64,000 bases of DNA from Paramoeba atlantica (GCA_977017575.1 CDRNVI010000002.1:992001-1056000), one strand, 5' to 3'; numbered from the stretch's first letter, positions 11,267 through 22,822 are shown. The notes: generated by a model from the sequence alone, not told the origin. Numbers and translations are program-made.

Positions 11267-12318
11267 ACCCGTTTTATGAGGTAGAGATTTAGCGAAACGT
11301 TTCTTTTATGCGTTTTTAGATGTCCTCTCGCAGCATTGCTTTACAAAATTCAACGCGATTGTTACGCTCGGCCTCTGTTAGAAGAAGTGCGTTTTCTTTT
11401 GAGAGGAGTCTATATCCGTGGTAATATAAAAGGAGGGGTCTAATTTTTGTTTTGTGTTCCTCTATACTGGTATCCGGAATAGTATCACTGATTTCTCAGT
11501 TGCATGACTCCGTGACAATGGGTAACTCTATTCGGGGGATGGTTTCTTCAGTGCTCTCCTCGACGTCGGAACTTGAAACTTTTTCTTCCAATATGTTTAA
11601 TAGCTGTCCTTCATATAAAGCAGTGGAATCGGGTTGCTCCGTCTTCTCATTGCTATGGTATTCATCAAATCCGCGAGTAGAATCAGTAAAGTTTTCTATG
11701 GCGTGTTCTTGTTTGGAACTTTCAGACACACCTCGAAGTTCGGTGATTGCTTCGAAAGTCTCCTTATCGCTCCATTCCTCAGTATCACAAGTAGAAGAAC
11801 CAGAGAGATCATCGTCCGGATCCCAATCAAAATCATTTCCTTCACACACAGCAGTTATGTCTGAGGCGTCGAAATCGGAACTCGATGTTTCAGAAAGTGA
11901 GACTGTTTCGCAAGTGAGCACTTCTGCATCGTCTGATTCGCTATCCAAAAGTTTGAACGTGGAATCAATCATAAAAAATCAGAAAAAACAAAGGAGTATA
12001 AAAGGCAGACTATAGTGATATGGCGTAAATGGTCTAATTCGTGAAATTAGAAATATCAAAGCTGTAAATATGAAAGCATAAGTCGAAGAACCCGAAACGA
12101 CGAAACAAATCCGGGTATTTGATTCTCCGACCAAAAAATTAAGCGGTACGGCGGCATGTAGGTAATAAAATTAAAGATCACATTGTAGGAAAAAAGAAAC
12201 ACGAGCTAATAACAATTTTAAGCTAGTCACGACGACGTCATACGTAATCCACAAAAAACAGAAGACGAAAAGCTCTTTTGGCGCTCTCTAAATGTTACTA
12301 TATTCTGGGACGGAGGTG
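11267..12318 (-). mobile_element. 5' part of a mariner-like element with Stowaway-like TIR and acidic N-terminal transposase remnant, cut by the pogo insertion
   Basis: Minus-strand end TA|CACCTCCGTCCCAGAATATAG at 12320-12298 resembles Stowaway CTCCCTCCGTCCC. Reading ORF 11972..11496 through its TGA gives LLLTEAERNNRVEFCKAML, the LT..NK..RL.FC..ML motif that precedes the first catalytic D in mariner transposases. Confidence 0.55.
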
Positions 12319-12564
12319 TACCTATACTTTGATAAAATAACGTGACGGGTATGTGGTTTATTATAAATTATATTGTCGCTTTTTTCCGAAATGTGGTGAC
12401 GGATAACTACGGGGGTATAGTACTTGTATTTACAATTAACGTACTTGCAAATTGTGTTCTCACTGTGTTCGGTACTTTTCGATCAATATCACAGGCCAGC
12501 ATTATTAAGTTTTTTAACAAACGCTGAAAACAATTTTTTTCTGCATAGTATCTATTAGTCTTCA

Positions 12565-13938
12565 ATGGGTCAGGGAGAACGCCGTGCCGCCATTCTGCGT
12601 CGCAGAACTGTCGATGAGCAAATTAAATACTGTATTTTGATTGAAGGGGCTTCGATTTTGCGTAAAGAAATTCAGCACAATCCAGAGTCGCAGAGAATAC
12701 TTCACTGGTCTTCATGTCTTCCTTCTTCCTATCGTGAACGGATGAACGTTTCGCATGCTTTGGGTGATGGGCAAAAGGCCTCGTTCGACGAGCATGAAAC
12801 CGACAAACAAACCATTGCCCCGGAGGACGGAAGTGTATCTGAATCAGATACTACGGAAGCACAAATCAAGGGTAGTTCCGAATTAGCTTTACAGGTGGGA
12901 AATAAAAATGTCAGTATTGAAGTAGAAAATCCAGAATTTGTTACAAATCTTTCAAAGGTGTCCAACAAAACGTTTCCACCAAAGGAAGGGATTGAAACGC
13001 CCGGAGCAGAAATTTTAACTGAGATTTCATATTATGAATCACGAAAAAATATTCCGGAAACCCGAATAGACAGTGATGCCAATCCGAATTGTGATTCACA
13101 TGCTAGGAACAAAGACTCTCCACAGAAAAAAGTGTCCAACCGCACCACAGAGCCTTCGCAGGAACTGTCACCCAGTGAGTCACTATCTCGGTGCACCTCC
13201 GAGGCGGTCCGGTTTATTATTGGGGAAAATTTTTCGAAAGCGGTGGCCCGGGGCCTTACGCACCTACAGAAGGATGTAATGGCGTTCTACTGCGTACTAC
13301 TCGGAATTACTGATAAATTGCCTAAAGCAGGAAAGAATATTTTGCTTTGCATGCTTACTAATTTTTTTTACACTTCCCTTTTCAATCGCTATATTGGACC
13401 ACATAAACGGGAGCAACCTTCTCCCCCGCGGGCCACTGCAGTATCATCGGAACTGCCACGGAAATCGAAGCGCATCAAAGACAAAGCCTTTTTGGTGCAA
13501 AAAGAGGTCGCATCAGATACAAGAACTGAAGGTGTGGAGGCAATTGTAAAACCGCGCAAAGCAAAATCCCAAGAAACAAAATATGATTATCACCTCCGGG
13601 ACGAAGAAACTTTTTCTAGATCCTCTTTGACCAACAGCACTGCAGTTAATTTATCTAACACCCCCTTTCCTACGCATGTCGCCAATCATGATATCACTTC
13701 GCAGCATGAGCTTTCTGATCATGAACCTTCGGGTGGGCTTCTTCAAAAGTATGTTCCTTACTTTTATGAAGCATTCGAGAAGTCCCCCATTCTTCCCCTT
13801 GCTTCAGTGCGGGAATGTGTTGCGTTACGCCTTGGTGCAGACCCCCCTATCTCTGAGTTACGATCAGTCGCGCGGCAGCTGCATGACTTGCAACAAATCG
13901 CGTATTGTGTTAGCGATGACATTATGTATGTAATCTAA
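12565..13938 (+). CDS. Hypothetical protein, largely disordered, possible C-terminal winged-helix (MCM3-C-like)
   Basis: 457-aa ATG ORF; the C-terminal ..ELRSVARQLHDLQQIAYCVSDDIMYVI resembles the MCM3 C-terminus. Confidence 0.6.
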   Translation: MGQGERRAAILRRRTVDEQIKYCILIEGASILRKEIQHNPESQRILHWSSCLPSSYRERMNVSHALGDGQKASFDEHETDKQTIAPEDGSVSESDTTEAQIKGSSELALQVGNKNVSIEVENPEFVTNLSKVSNKTFPPKEGIETPGAEILTEISYYESRKNIPETRIDSDANPNCDSHARNKDSPQKKVSNRTTEPSQELSPSESLSRCTSEAVRFIIGENFSKAVARGLTHLQKDVMAFYCVLLGITDKLPKAGKNILLCMLTNFFYTSLFNRYIGPHKREQPSPPRATAVSSELPRKSKRIKDKAFLVQKEVASDTRTEGVEAIVKPRKAKSQETKYDYHLRDEETFSRSSLTNSTAVNLSNTPFPTHVANHDITSQHELSDHEPSGGLLQKYVPYFYEAFEKSPILPLASVRECVALRLGADPPISELRSVARQLHDLQQIAYCVSDDIMYVI

Positions 13939-14333
13939 CGAATCAATGGAAATTATCATTGGTGCAATGGACGTGGTACACGCAGCGCAAAACTTCGAGA
14001 AAAGATTTGAGCGGTGTCGTATACTAGAATTAAATCCGGATGCCAATGCTATCTCTAGAACTGCGAATTTTTTTCGGACATAATACGTAGAAGTAGACTC
14101 GTTGAAACCATGATATCTTCATCTATCACCTCTATTTTAGAATCTATTCTTGGAATACATTCTATTCTTCTAGTGTCTCTTCTTCGAATATAAAAATTTA
14201 TTAGGATAGAATTTCTAACCTACCTGTATGTATCTGCATATTTCATAATCTATTAAACATTGCTCGAAAATCTCCTCCCTAGTCGACCCGAATTTACTTT
14301 TTCCCTCACCCCACCCTCCTACCCCGGACAGTG

Positions 14334-16037
14334 ATGCTCCCCAGTACCCTTCACCGGTGCGCACTCAAAACTTCCCGACACCGTCTTGCCGTCATGGCCT
14401 CTTCCCCCGAGCTCGGCATTACCATCCCCTCCCACGACACCGTTCCACTGCCCACCTCGCCGCTCCCTCCACTTACCCCCACCGGGGTCTTTCCCAAAGG
14501 TCAGTCACTACCCTCTGTAGGAGAGCGTCACACCGAGGCCCTGGGTCCACACCTCCTTCCCTTCACCACGGAACTCACCAAACGCCCCCCGTTGTCCTCT
14601 CCCTCCTCCCCAACGAGTCCCCTTCCCTCAACCACAACCCGTACCACAACCCCCAGTGTCGCCCCCTCTGTCGTAAACACCATCTTAAATCCTGCTGTCG
14701 TAAACACAACCCCCAATCCCCCTGTCCTCAGCACAACACCCCATTCATCGGTACTCACGACAGCATCGAACTCCGCTGTTCCTTCCTCCTCCTCCCCCCT
14801 TTACGACCTCGCGACCGGACTTCCCTTCTCCCCTGTACTACGCGACGCCCTTCACGAGAAATCCAGCGACTTCTCGTCTTCCTCTTCCTCTTCTTCCTCT
14901 TCTCTCTCCTCTCCCTACTGGGTCACCGACACCCACCTCGCGGCCTCCGGTGTCGAGCTTCTCCCCCAGTTCCGAGGCAAAGGGTTCGACACCCGTCGCC
15001 TGGGAAGACACCCCCCCGGTCCACAACACCGGTCCAGCCCCCCCGAGCGTCGGTTCGCGCAGGGCCGCGATCTCGAGCTCACCCCCACGGAGCAAGCCAT
15101 GGTCGACGCCGGGGCGATGCTCTACCACCTCTCCCAAACCCGTGAGGGGGCCACGCTGGAGGGGCTCCGCGGGCGGCTGGTCCCGACCGACGCGCTCACC
15201 GCGGCGCCGTTGCCCGCCCCCACCTCGAATGTGCTACGGGAGGCGGTGGGGGGCTACCCCACCAGTCAGTGGGTCCGGGAGGAGTTCCTGTGTCTCGGGC
15301 TGCGGCCGGCCCCGGAGGCCCGGGCGATTTGTATCACGGTGGAGGAGACGTATGAGGATGAGGATGAGGCGGGGGGTGGTGGGGGGTCTACGGATTACCT
15401 CCACCGCCTGGGGTTCTCGCGTCGTCCCGTGGCGAGTTACTCGGAGACGTATTACAACCTGGCGGATCTCGTGGTGTCGTCTGAGTTGCTGACGAGGCTG
15501 CGGGAGTGTTACCCGAGGAGTGCGAGTACGCGGAAGTGTTACCGGCCAACGGTGGCGGTGCCATTGCTGAAGGTGGCGCTACGACACTCGCTTACCTCTC
15601 CGTTTTGGGTTACCATGAAAGGGGCATTGTATGCCGGGTCACGTGTCGTGGATGACTCCCTGGGGGTACGCCCCACGGCGAGAAGTGATACCGTGCTGCA
15701 CAACACGGAGTGCTGTGCGCAGTCGGAAGATTTTTTGGAACGACTGCAAAGTGGGGTACCTCGAGCGATGTCTGGGTATAACGGAAAGCCGTTCTCCGAG
15801 GAGTCACAGTCGGCGCTGCGGGAGGCCAAGGGGGTCCGAGGGTTCAATAGCGTGTATTGGATGACCCGGAAACAGGCACGGGAGCTGGGGTCGGGGATTC
15901 GCCCTGGTTCCGTGTCGGTGACAGTGCCCATGTCAGGTGGAACTCGGGAATTTTATAACGTGGACCAAACGGAGTCACCCACCCGGATTATGGATCGTTT
16001 GCAGTTTTTGGGTCTCCTGCAGCCAGTGGGCGTATGA
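14334..16037 (+). CDS. Tc38/RBP38-family ssDNA/RNA-binding protein (4 ArdC-N-like repeats), paralog 1, long Pro/Ser/Thr N-extension
   Basis: Repeats P.(S/N)A.(S/T)G..Y...L......S..W.T..QA...G......YN..QT, e.g. NSVYWMTRKQARELG..FYNVDQT. Confidence 0.78.
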   Translation: MLPSTLHRCALKTSRHRLAVMASSPELGITIPSHDTVPLPTSPLPPLTPTGVFPKGQSLPSVGERHTEALGPHLLPFTTELTKRPPLSSPSSPTSPLPSTTTRTTTPSVAPSVVNTILNPAVVNTTPNPPVLSTTPHSSVLTTASNSAVPSSSSPLYDLATGLPFSPVLRDALHEKSSDFSSSSSSSSSSLSSPYWVTDTHLAASGVELLPQFRGKGFDTRRLGRHPPGPQHRSSPPERRFAQGRDLELTPTEQAMVDAGAMLYHLSQTREGATLEGLRGRLVPTDALTAAPLPAPTSNVLREAVGGYPTSQWVREEFLCLGLRPAPEARAICITVEETYEDEDEAGGGGGSTDYLHRLGFSRRPVASYSETYYNLADLVVSSELLTRLRECYPRSASTRKCYRPTVAVPLLKVALRHSLTSPFWVTMKGALYAGSRVVDDSLGVRPTARSDTVLHNTECCAQSEDFLERLQSGVPRAMSGYNGKPFSEESQSALREAKGVRGFNSVYWMTRKQARELGSGIRPGSVSVTVPMSGGTREFYNVDQTESPTRIMDRLQFLGLLQPVGV

Positions 16038-16524
16038 ACAACATTCACGCATGGTTTGTGTTTGCGAATGTTTGTTTCTGTTTTTTTCTAAATCATTAAT
16101 TGTGTTGTAGAGTAAAATCACGAAGTAGATCAGAAGTCGGTGTGTAAGTTAATAGGCCTTTTGGTGGTATATTTTTTTACTAAATGCTACTCTGATTTAG
16201 AAATGTTTGATTTTTTATCTAGCCCTTAGTACACTAGAACCCCTTTTCTCTTATCATGCGTTGTAGATGCGATTCACTTTACTATGAGATACTCAGAAAA
16301 GGAACTCTTAAATATGTATCATATTTCGTATTCACATTGACAAACTTTGTATAAATTCGTAACGATAAGAATCGGGCGGCTTTTATCTTTGTGTCACGGT
16401 TTGCACATCATTTTTCTTTTGTTGGTCAACGGCAAAGCTTTTGTATTTTCATATTTTTGTTCAAAGATTAAGCCGAATTTTACAGGAGATATTCTTTTTA
16501 TCTTTCCGTGTTTTTTGCTACCTG

Positions 16525-17922
16525 ATGATTCGACTTTCGTCTAAATGGTTCAAGTCTAGCAAAATCTTTGTCCCGTCTTCCGCTACCGCAACGGGATCCA
16601 AGACCGCTCCCTCCGCCGCTCCTCGTGCTTTAAGTGCTGCCACTGGAAAACCCTATCCCTCCGGCCTGGCCCAAACCCTAAACATTCGCGCATTTCGCTC
16701 CAACCTATGGCTCACGGAAGCCCAAATGGCATTGTGTGGTGTCACGCTACGTGAGGATCAGCGTGGCAAAGGGGTCGTCGTCCCTCGCCGTCCTCGATCC
16801 TACACGCTCTACAACGCCTCACAAACCACTGACTTTGACAAAGTCCGCGCCATGCAGGGAAAGCTTAATGTCACCAACGCCTTGACCGGGAACGCAATCG
16901 CCGCCACGGCCGCCGCAAAGCTCACCGCCTCCCTCGGGGACTTCCCCACCAACCAGTGGGTCACACGACACCAAATCCACGCCCTCTCCTTAAAACTACT
17001 CCCCGGCGCCACCCCTGTAGTCATCACACACATCACTCTAAAAAAACGTCCCCCACGAAAACGACCCTTGGCCATTACACACCCCTCCTCCTCCTCCTCC
17101 TCCCCCTCTTCTCCCCCCACCTCATCCACCAAACGTGCCACAACTCTCACAACGGCTCATCTCTCACCTTCTTCGACTTCTACAGCTTCCCCTACATCTC
17201 GCTCGTCGTCTTCGTCTTCACCCTCCCCTTCCCCCACGACCGCTTCTTCTACTGCTACTGTCACGACTACCACTACCACTACTACGACTCACTACTACAA
17301 CCTGGCTTCTCTCGCCCACCCCTCCACCCTCTCCCTCGCCCACACCCTCTACCCCCGCTCCGCCCTCTCCCGCAGGCCCTACCACCGCGGCGTCGCCTAC
17401 CCCTTACTCCGGGTCGCCCTCGAGCGCGGGTTCCGCTCCCCGTACTGGCTCAGCCGCGAGACCGCCGCACGCCGGCGGGTCGGGCTGCGGGAGGGGGCGA
17501 CCGGGGCCGCGGTGTGCTTCTACCGGAAGCGAAAGCTGGTGCTGTACAACGCCGAGGAGACGACGGCCCCGGGGAGGGTGGTGCCGCGGGGGGGGACGGG
17601 ACGAACGACCCCCCGGGGGGGTCGGTGGGGTCCCGGGGGGTTGACGTTGCTTCCGAGGTCGGCGATTTCGGGGGGGCAGTACCCGGAGCCGACGCGGTCG
17701 GAGTTGTTGGAGGTGGCGCAGCAGAGAGGGTACCGTTCGCCGTTGTGGATGACACGGCGGCAGGCGGCGCATTTGAATGCGGAGGTGCGAAGCGGGGAGG
17801 AGCCGACGGCGGTGCATTTTTATAAAGGGTCGCTGGAGTTGTTTAACGCGGAGCAAACGAAGAATCGGTACTTTTTTGCGAATCGACTGAAAAAATTTAG
17901 ACACGTGCGAAAGAAGGGGTAA
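16525..17922 (+). CDS. Tc38/RBP38-family protein, paralog 2
   Basis: ATG 16525 (MIRLSSKWF presequence-like); four repeats, including PRSAISGGQYP..GYRSPLWMTRRQA..LFNAEQT. Confidence 0.8.
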   Translation: MIRLSSKWFKSSKIFVPSSATATGSKTAPSAAPRALSAATGKPYPSGLAQTLNIRAFRSNLWLTEAQMALCGVTLREDQRGKGVVVPRRPRSYTLYNASQTTDFDKVRAMQGKLNVTNALTGNAIAATAAAKLTASLGDFPTNQWVTRHQIHALSLKLLPGATPVVITHITLKKRPPRKRPLAITHPSSSSSSPSSPPTSSTKRATTLTTAHLSPSSTSTASPTSRSSSSSSPSPSPTTASSTATVTTTTTTTTTHYYNLASLAHPSTLSLAHTLYPRSALSRRPYHRGVAYPLLRVALERGFRSPYWLSRETAARRRVGLREGATGAAVCFYRKRKLVLYNAEETTAPGRVVPRGGTGRTTPRGGRWGPGGLTLLPRSAISGGQYPEPTRSELLEVAQQRGYRSPLWMTRRQAAHLNAEVRSGEEPTAVHFYKGSLELFNAEQTKNRYFFANRLKKFRHVRKKG

Positions 17923-18644
17923 GGAGATGAATAAATAGAGGAAACGCTAGCTCGTAAAAAAGGTAATCTCTTTTTTTGGGGGGTCATGTCAGGCGTCCTT
18001 TTTGCGGTATCTTGTCTTGAATGTAAGTTTCGGTGCATTATGGTGCATGCAGTGCGTATCATACACTGCAATGTACACTGCAACGGTGTAACTGCAAACT
18101 ATTTGTTATTCACTCGCTAGGAGTAAACCTCTATACTAGAGGGAGGGCGTGGTACTTCACATCCCGTGGCCCACGATTCGCTGGTTTTATAGAGATGAAA
18201 ACGACATGACCCCTTTCGTTATGACGATGTAACACTTTCAAGAGCATTTTTCGATCTTCGACAATGGCATGTACGGCTGTCGCACCGTTCTGGGCATCCA
18301 ACTTATTCAGCTTCAATCACCTCGTACACACACATTGTACATTTTACCATTTACCATGACGATTACATCTCCGATGAAAACAACTTTAATTGTTTCTCAA
18401 TTCGAATTGTATAGATTTAGTGTCTCTACCTAACAAAATTATCTATTTTACAAATTCTGATAATATTTTCACAACGTCCAGCAAACAAAACAAACCACAA
18501 AGAAATCCTTTTTTCCACACTACCACCCATCCACCCCCAGCCATGCTCCGTTCGGCCGTCCCCACACGGTGAACCTGACCCCACAACACCCAAAAACACC
18601 CACCCCAACCCAAAAACACCCCTTTCCCCCCTTTTCTCCTCTCC

Positions 18645-19775
18645 ATGTTCCGTCTCTTCCTCCCCTCCCGCACGCCCTTCTCCCCCCGCTCTCTCGCCTA
18701 CAGCGCCGCCACCGGTGCCCCCTACCCCGCCGCCACCGCCGCCGAGCTCGCGGCCAAGGGCTACCGCTCCAACCTGTGGCTTACCCGAACCCACGCCGCG
18801 TTGGCTGGGGTTGCGCTCCTCACCGAGGAGATCCCCAACGGCCACCCCCTCCCCCTCTCCCGGGGACTCGTCACGTTATACAATGCCGACCAAACCACCG
18901 ACCCGGGTCGTATTAACGCGTTAAAGGGCCAGCTGTTCCCGACACACGCCCTCACGGGGCTACGACTCGGTCCACAGGCCTCGGCGGCCATTGCCGCCTC
19001 CGCGCGTGTGATCAGCGGGGACGCACGCACCTGTAATGAGTGGGTCACGGCACGAGAGTGTGAGATACTCGGGTGGGGACGACGCGGGGGTTCGAAGGAG
19101 AGGGCGGGGAAAGGGGTCTCGGTGGAGGTGGTGGTGGAGCAAACATCGACGGACCCGGACGGGCTGCCGAACGTCACCGAGGTGAGGAAGGTGGTGGAAT
19201 ATGTGAATTTGACGGAGCTGGAGAGCCCGTGGAGGGTGCGGACGGCGAGGGAGATGTACCCGATGGCGGTGTCCACGGGGCATAAGTACTCGATTGAGCC
19301 CGCGCTGGTGTTGTTGAAGGCGGCGGTCAGGTATGGGTACTCCTCGTGTTACTGGCTCACGTCGGAGGGGTGTAAAGACCTTGGGATTCAGGTGCGTACT
19401 CCCGAACAAGGGGTTCACCTGCTCCTTCCTCGGCGGAACTCCGAGGTGGTGTTGTATAATGCGGACAATACGTTGGGGAGAGCCAACATCGTAAAGGCGG
19501 CGTACCGCTCCCGGTTAAAACCACGCTCCGCCAAAACAGGCTTGCTGTTTCCCCCGGAAACCCGATCCCAGTTAGAGAAACACCGGGAAGAGCGTGGGTT
19601 TGGCAGTCCATACTGGTTAACTTACCCCCAAGCTTTCGTGATCGGGGTGAAAATACTCTCTAACGAACGCCCGAAGACAATTATGATGTCTGGTAAAGTG
19701 ACTAACTTGTTTAACGCGGATCAAACGGATAATCCCCGAAAAGTTTGCCTCTATGCCGAGGATGGAAGGTGGTGA
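18645..19775 (+). CDS. Tc38/RBP38-family protein, paralog 3
   Basis: MFRLFLPSR presequence-like start; four repeats, e.g. PRSAKTG..GFGSPYWLTYPQA..LFNADQT. Confidence 0.8.
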   Translation: MFRLFLPSRTPFSPRSLAYSAATGAPYPAATAAELAAKGYRSNLWLTRTHAALAGVALLTEEIPNGHPLPLSRGLVTLYNADQTTDPGRINALKGQLFPTHALTGLRLGPQASAAIAASARVISGDARTCNEWVTARECEILGWGRRGGSKERAGKGVSVEVVVEQTSTDPDGLPNVTEVRKVVEYVNLTELESPWRVRTAREMYPMAVSTGHKYSIEPALVLLKAAVRYGYSSCYWLTSEGCKDLGIQVRTPEQGVHLLLPRRNSEVVLYNADNTLGRANIVKAAYRSRLKPRSAKTGLLFPPETRSQLEKHREERGFGSPYWLTYPQAFVIGVKILSNERPKTIMMSGKVTNLFNADQTDNPRKVCLYAEDGRW

Positions 19776-20228
19776 ATTACACATTTTAGAGCAAGCTCAC
19801 GCGTCTCGTAACGTTCTTCAGGTACGTACCTAGACAGCTTGGACTCGTCTTCTTTGCTTAACCAACTCAAATTATTGTGTTGCCCCCACTAAAACAAACT
19901 TGCAGATTTTTGTAAAACTGATTAGATATTGAAGATACGGTACGCAAAATCGTGTTGTAAAGTACATAGCCTACATAAAGTACATCTATGAATTTCTCGG
20001 TGTTCCGTTAGACTTAAACGTGAAAGCTTCCGTGCTGGCGTACACACAGCTTTCTACAATAATCCACATTAGAATAGAATTTCTTACGGAACAACGACTT
20101 ACAGTAGTACCATTACAGCTTTTTCTCTTTTTTTACCGTATTGGACAACTATAATTTTCAATAATCAAAGTCGTATACAAATCATTGACAAAACTCTTAT
20201 TGGCTTTCCTTACATCCTACACTTTATA

Positions 20229-21353
20229 ATGTTGTTTCGGAACCTCTCTTTCTTTGCGAAGCAAGTCGCCTCAAAGAAGCCCAATTCCACTCTCCCCGCT
20301 GCTTCCGCAGTTTCCGCGCTCACCGGCGCGCCTTATCCCAAAAGCAAAACCACCGAACTCGTCGCCCGTGGGTTCACCTCCCCCGTATGGCTAACAGAGA
20401 AACAGATGGAGACCATCGGGGTGGGGCTGAAGCCCGGGGCCCAGGGAAAAGGTCAAAAGCTCTCCTTCTCGGCCGGAACCTCCTGCACACTCTACAACGC
20501 GACCCAGACTACGGACCCTGCGCTGATCGAGTCTTTGGTGGGTCGCTTGCACCCGACGAATGCGATTACCGGATATGACATTGGTCGTGAGGCCGCGCCT
20601 TTGCTGCTGAAGCGTCTCGGGAACTTTCCTACAAACGAGTGGGTGACGGAAAAACAAGTCTCGGGTCTCGGATTGAAATTAAAACCTAAGGCAAGGGGTG
20701 TGGAGATTGAGCTCGCGTTTTCTTCCCCTTCCGCAGACCCTATAAAGGACGAGGGGCTACTCCTGGATCGTGGGGTGACGGTGACGTATTACAACGTGGG
20801 AGATCTCGAGAACCCGGAGGTGGTCAAACGTGCGAAACGACTGTCCCCGATTTCTGCCTCCACAGGGCGTAAGTATGCGAAGGAGATTGCCGTTCAACTG
20901 CTACGTGAGGCACTGCAGAAAAGGTACGAATCTCCGTTTTGGTTGACTCAGAATGCGTGTCGAGTTTTGGGACTGACGTTAAAGCCACAGAGCGAGGGGG
21001 TGCCGGTCTCGGTTGCGTCCTCGTCCAAACAGATTGTGCTGTTCAATGCGGACTGCACTAATAACCCCTCCAAGGTGGCTTCAGAGTCGTACAAGGCACA
21101 GTTCCAACCACGCTCTGCGGTATCTGGGGCATTGTATCCCGAGCCCACGAGCTCGGAGCTCTCATCTTTCGCGCTGAAAAACAAGTTCCGTAGCCTTTAC
21201 TGGCTGACGTACAAACAGGCGAGCTTCCTAGGGGTGGACATAGTGCCAGGACAGAAACCGGCAGAGGTGTTTTTAGGCTCCGTTTACGTTAAGGTGTACA
21301 ACGCCGACCAGACCACGAACAAGAAGAAGGTAGAGGAGCACGCGACCAAGTGA
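20229..21353 (+). CDS. Tc38/RBP38-family protein, paralog 4
   Basis: MLFRNLSFF presequence-like start; four compact repeats, e.g. PRSAVSGALYP..RSLYWLTYKQASFLG..VYNADQT. Confidence 0.82.
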   Translation: MLFRNLSFFAKQVASKKPNSTLPAASAVSALTGAPYPKSKTTELVARGFTSPVWLTEKQMETIGVGLKPGAQGKGQKLSFSAGTSCTLYNATQTTDPALIESLVGRLHPTNAITGYDIGREAAPLLLKRLGNFPTNEWVTEKQVSGLGLKLKPKARGVEIELAFSSPSADPIKDEGLLLDRGVTVTYYNVGDLENPEVVKRAKRLSPISASTGRKYAKEIAVQLLREALQKRYESPFWLTQNACRVLGLTLKPQSEGVPVSVASSSKQIVLFNADCTNNPSKVASESYKAQFQPRSAVSGALYPEPTSSELSSFALKNKFRSLYWLTYKQASFLGVDIVPGQKPAEVFLGSVYVKVYNADQTTNKKKVEEHATK

Positions 21354-21942
21354 GCCGCGGGGTGCGAGGATCACCGGATGTCTGCATGGGAGCGTCTTGA
21401 TGTGTCATGATTCTCCTCTTTTTGGTAATTAGTTTGTTTAGATTATATTTTTTACGATATACTGAATGTGTGGTATCACACACACCTCGTCTTCTGAATC
21501 TTGGAAAATGTTTAGAAATGTGTGTATTCCATAATAAAAATTGGCAATAGAGTACTTTCAGAGTAGAATAGTATGTAATTTTTGTGGCCTTCTTTTCTCT
21601 CGCACTATTTATATGATTTCTGGTTCCTTACACGATACCATTTTGAATACGTAAGGAATCACAATGGAGAACACAAGAGTAACGAAAGTTTTTTAATTCG
21701 CAACCCTTGTTTATCCTTCATTTACGAAATCTTTTTTTAGAGATTTTAGATGGTACTCTACTTATTAAACCCATGGCGGCGAATAAGACATAACCGAAAG
21801 AAGGACTTACCGAAAAATAGGCCTTTGAAGGCTTCACACGTACCTCTCCATTTTTTCTCTCGAAGTTGTTAAGCACCTTTTTTCAACACTATTTTTGATC
21901 CTCTTTTTTTCACTTTTTAGCCCTTTGAGTTTCGTTCCCGAC

Positions 21943-22716
21943 ATGTTTGATCAAACCCCTCCACAACCCCAATCACTACTTGTGAGCCGATTTCTTCTAC
22001 CCCATCTTCACGCTACCGATTCCACCCCCTCCCCTCCCACATCCCATCTCGGCAAATCCCGTCGGTTACTGCACCCACCGGAGGTTGATCTCCTCACCCT
22101 CACCCAGCATACCCTGTGGCCGCATCACTCTTGGAACCGCGATGTCCAGGCGTGCATGTGGGCCGGTGTGATCTGCGACGTCTCCGGGGAGATCCCCACG
22201 GAGCTACGCTGGGCGGGTTTTCTGCTACATGGCAACCTGACCTGGGAAGCGCTCCCGCGTACAACACGCCGCGTAATACTCTCTAACAACATGCTGGGAG
22301 GGACGCTGGACCTCACCGCATTGCATGACATTGTGGAATTCTTCTCTGTGTCGTATAACCGGTTGGGAGGAACGCTGGAGCTGCGCGAGTTGCCTCCAAA
22401 TATTGCTACTCTAAATGTAGCGCACAATCGATTCACCGGAGGGGTGGATCTGCGGATGCTTCCCAATACGCTCACCGGACTGTTTTTACAGGATAACTAT
22501 TTGAGTGGTGTGGCACACATCCCAAGCGATCCGGACGCCCGGAAGAATAGAGATCCAAAAACGATAGACCTTACTTTGAACCCGAATTTAATCGTATTTC
22601 CCGACGTGGGAATTAGCCGAGAAATACGGTACGATGGAAGTGCCGAGCCGTGGGAGTATTCCTTCCTGGTTCTTGGCGCTTTGGCCGCAGTTTTAGGTAT
22701 TGATTTGATTTTTTAA
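21943..22716 (+). CDS. LRR family protein with C-terminal TM anchor
   Basis: ATG 21943; SW..ACMWAGVIC cap, 4-5 LRRs, hydrophobic tail FLVLGALAAVLGIDLIF at the stop. Confidence 0.82.
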   Translation: MFDQTPPQPQSLLVSRFLLPHLHATDSTPSPPTSHLGKSRRLLHPPEVDLLTLTQHTLWPHHSWNRDVQACMWAGVICDVSGEIPTELRWAGFLLHGNLTWEALPRTTRRVILSNNMLGGTLDLTALHDIVEFFSVSYNRLGGTLELRELPPNIATLNVAHNRFTGGVDLRMLPNTLTGLFLQDNYLSGVAHIPSDPDARKNRDPKTIDLTLNPNLIVFPDVGISREIRYDGSAEPWEYSFLVLGALAAVLGIDLIF

Positions 22717-22822
22717 TCAAACTGCTACAAAAGTTTGACGGGTTGAATATCCGAGTATCGTAATATCTGTTGAAGAAAATGCTTTTTCACTTCAGTAAGC
22801 TTTGAACTCATTTTATGTAGTA

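Noticed and set aside
8900-11500. In-frame TGA in several TE remnants suggesting UGA=Trp reassignment
   Set aside because: Intact genes end in TGA (5436, 16037, 21353) as well as TAA and TAG, and the same remnants also carry TAA/TAG stops and frameshifts, so this is ordinary decay.
11452-12015. Ser-rich + strand ORF of 187 aa
   Set aside because: TTG start; it is the antisense shadow of the acidic TE-derived ORF.
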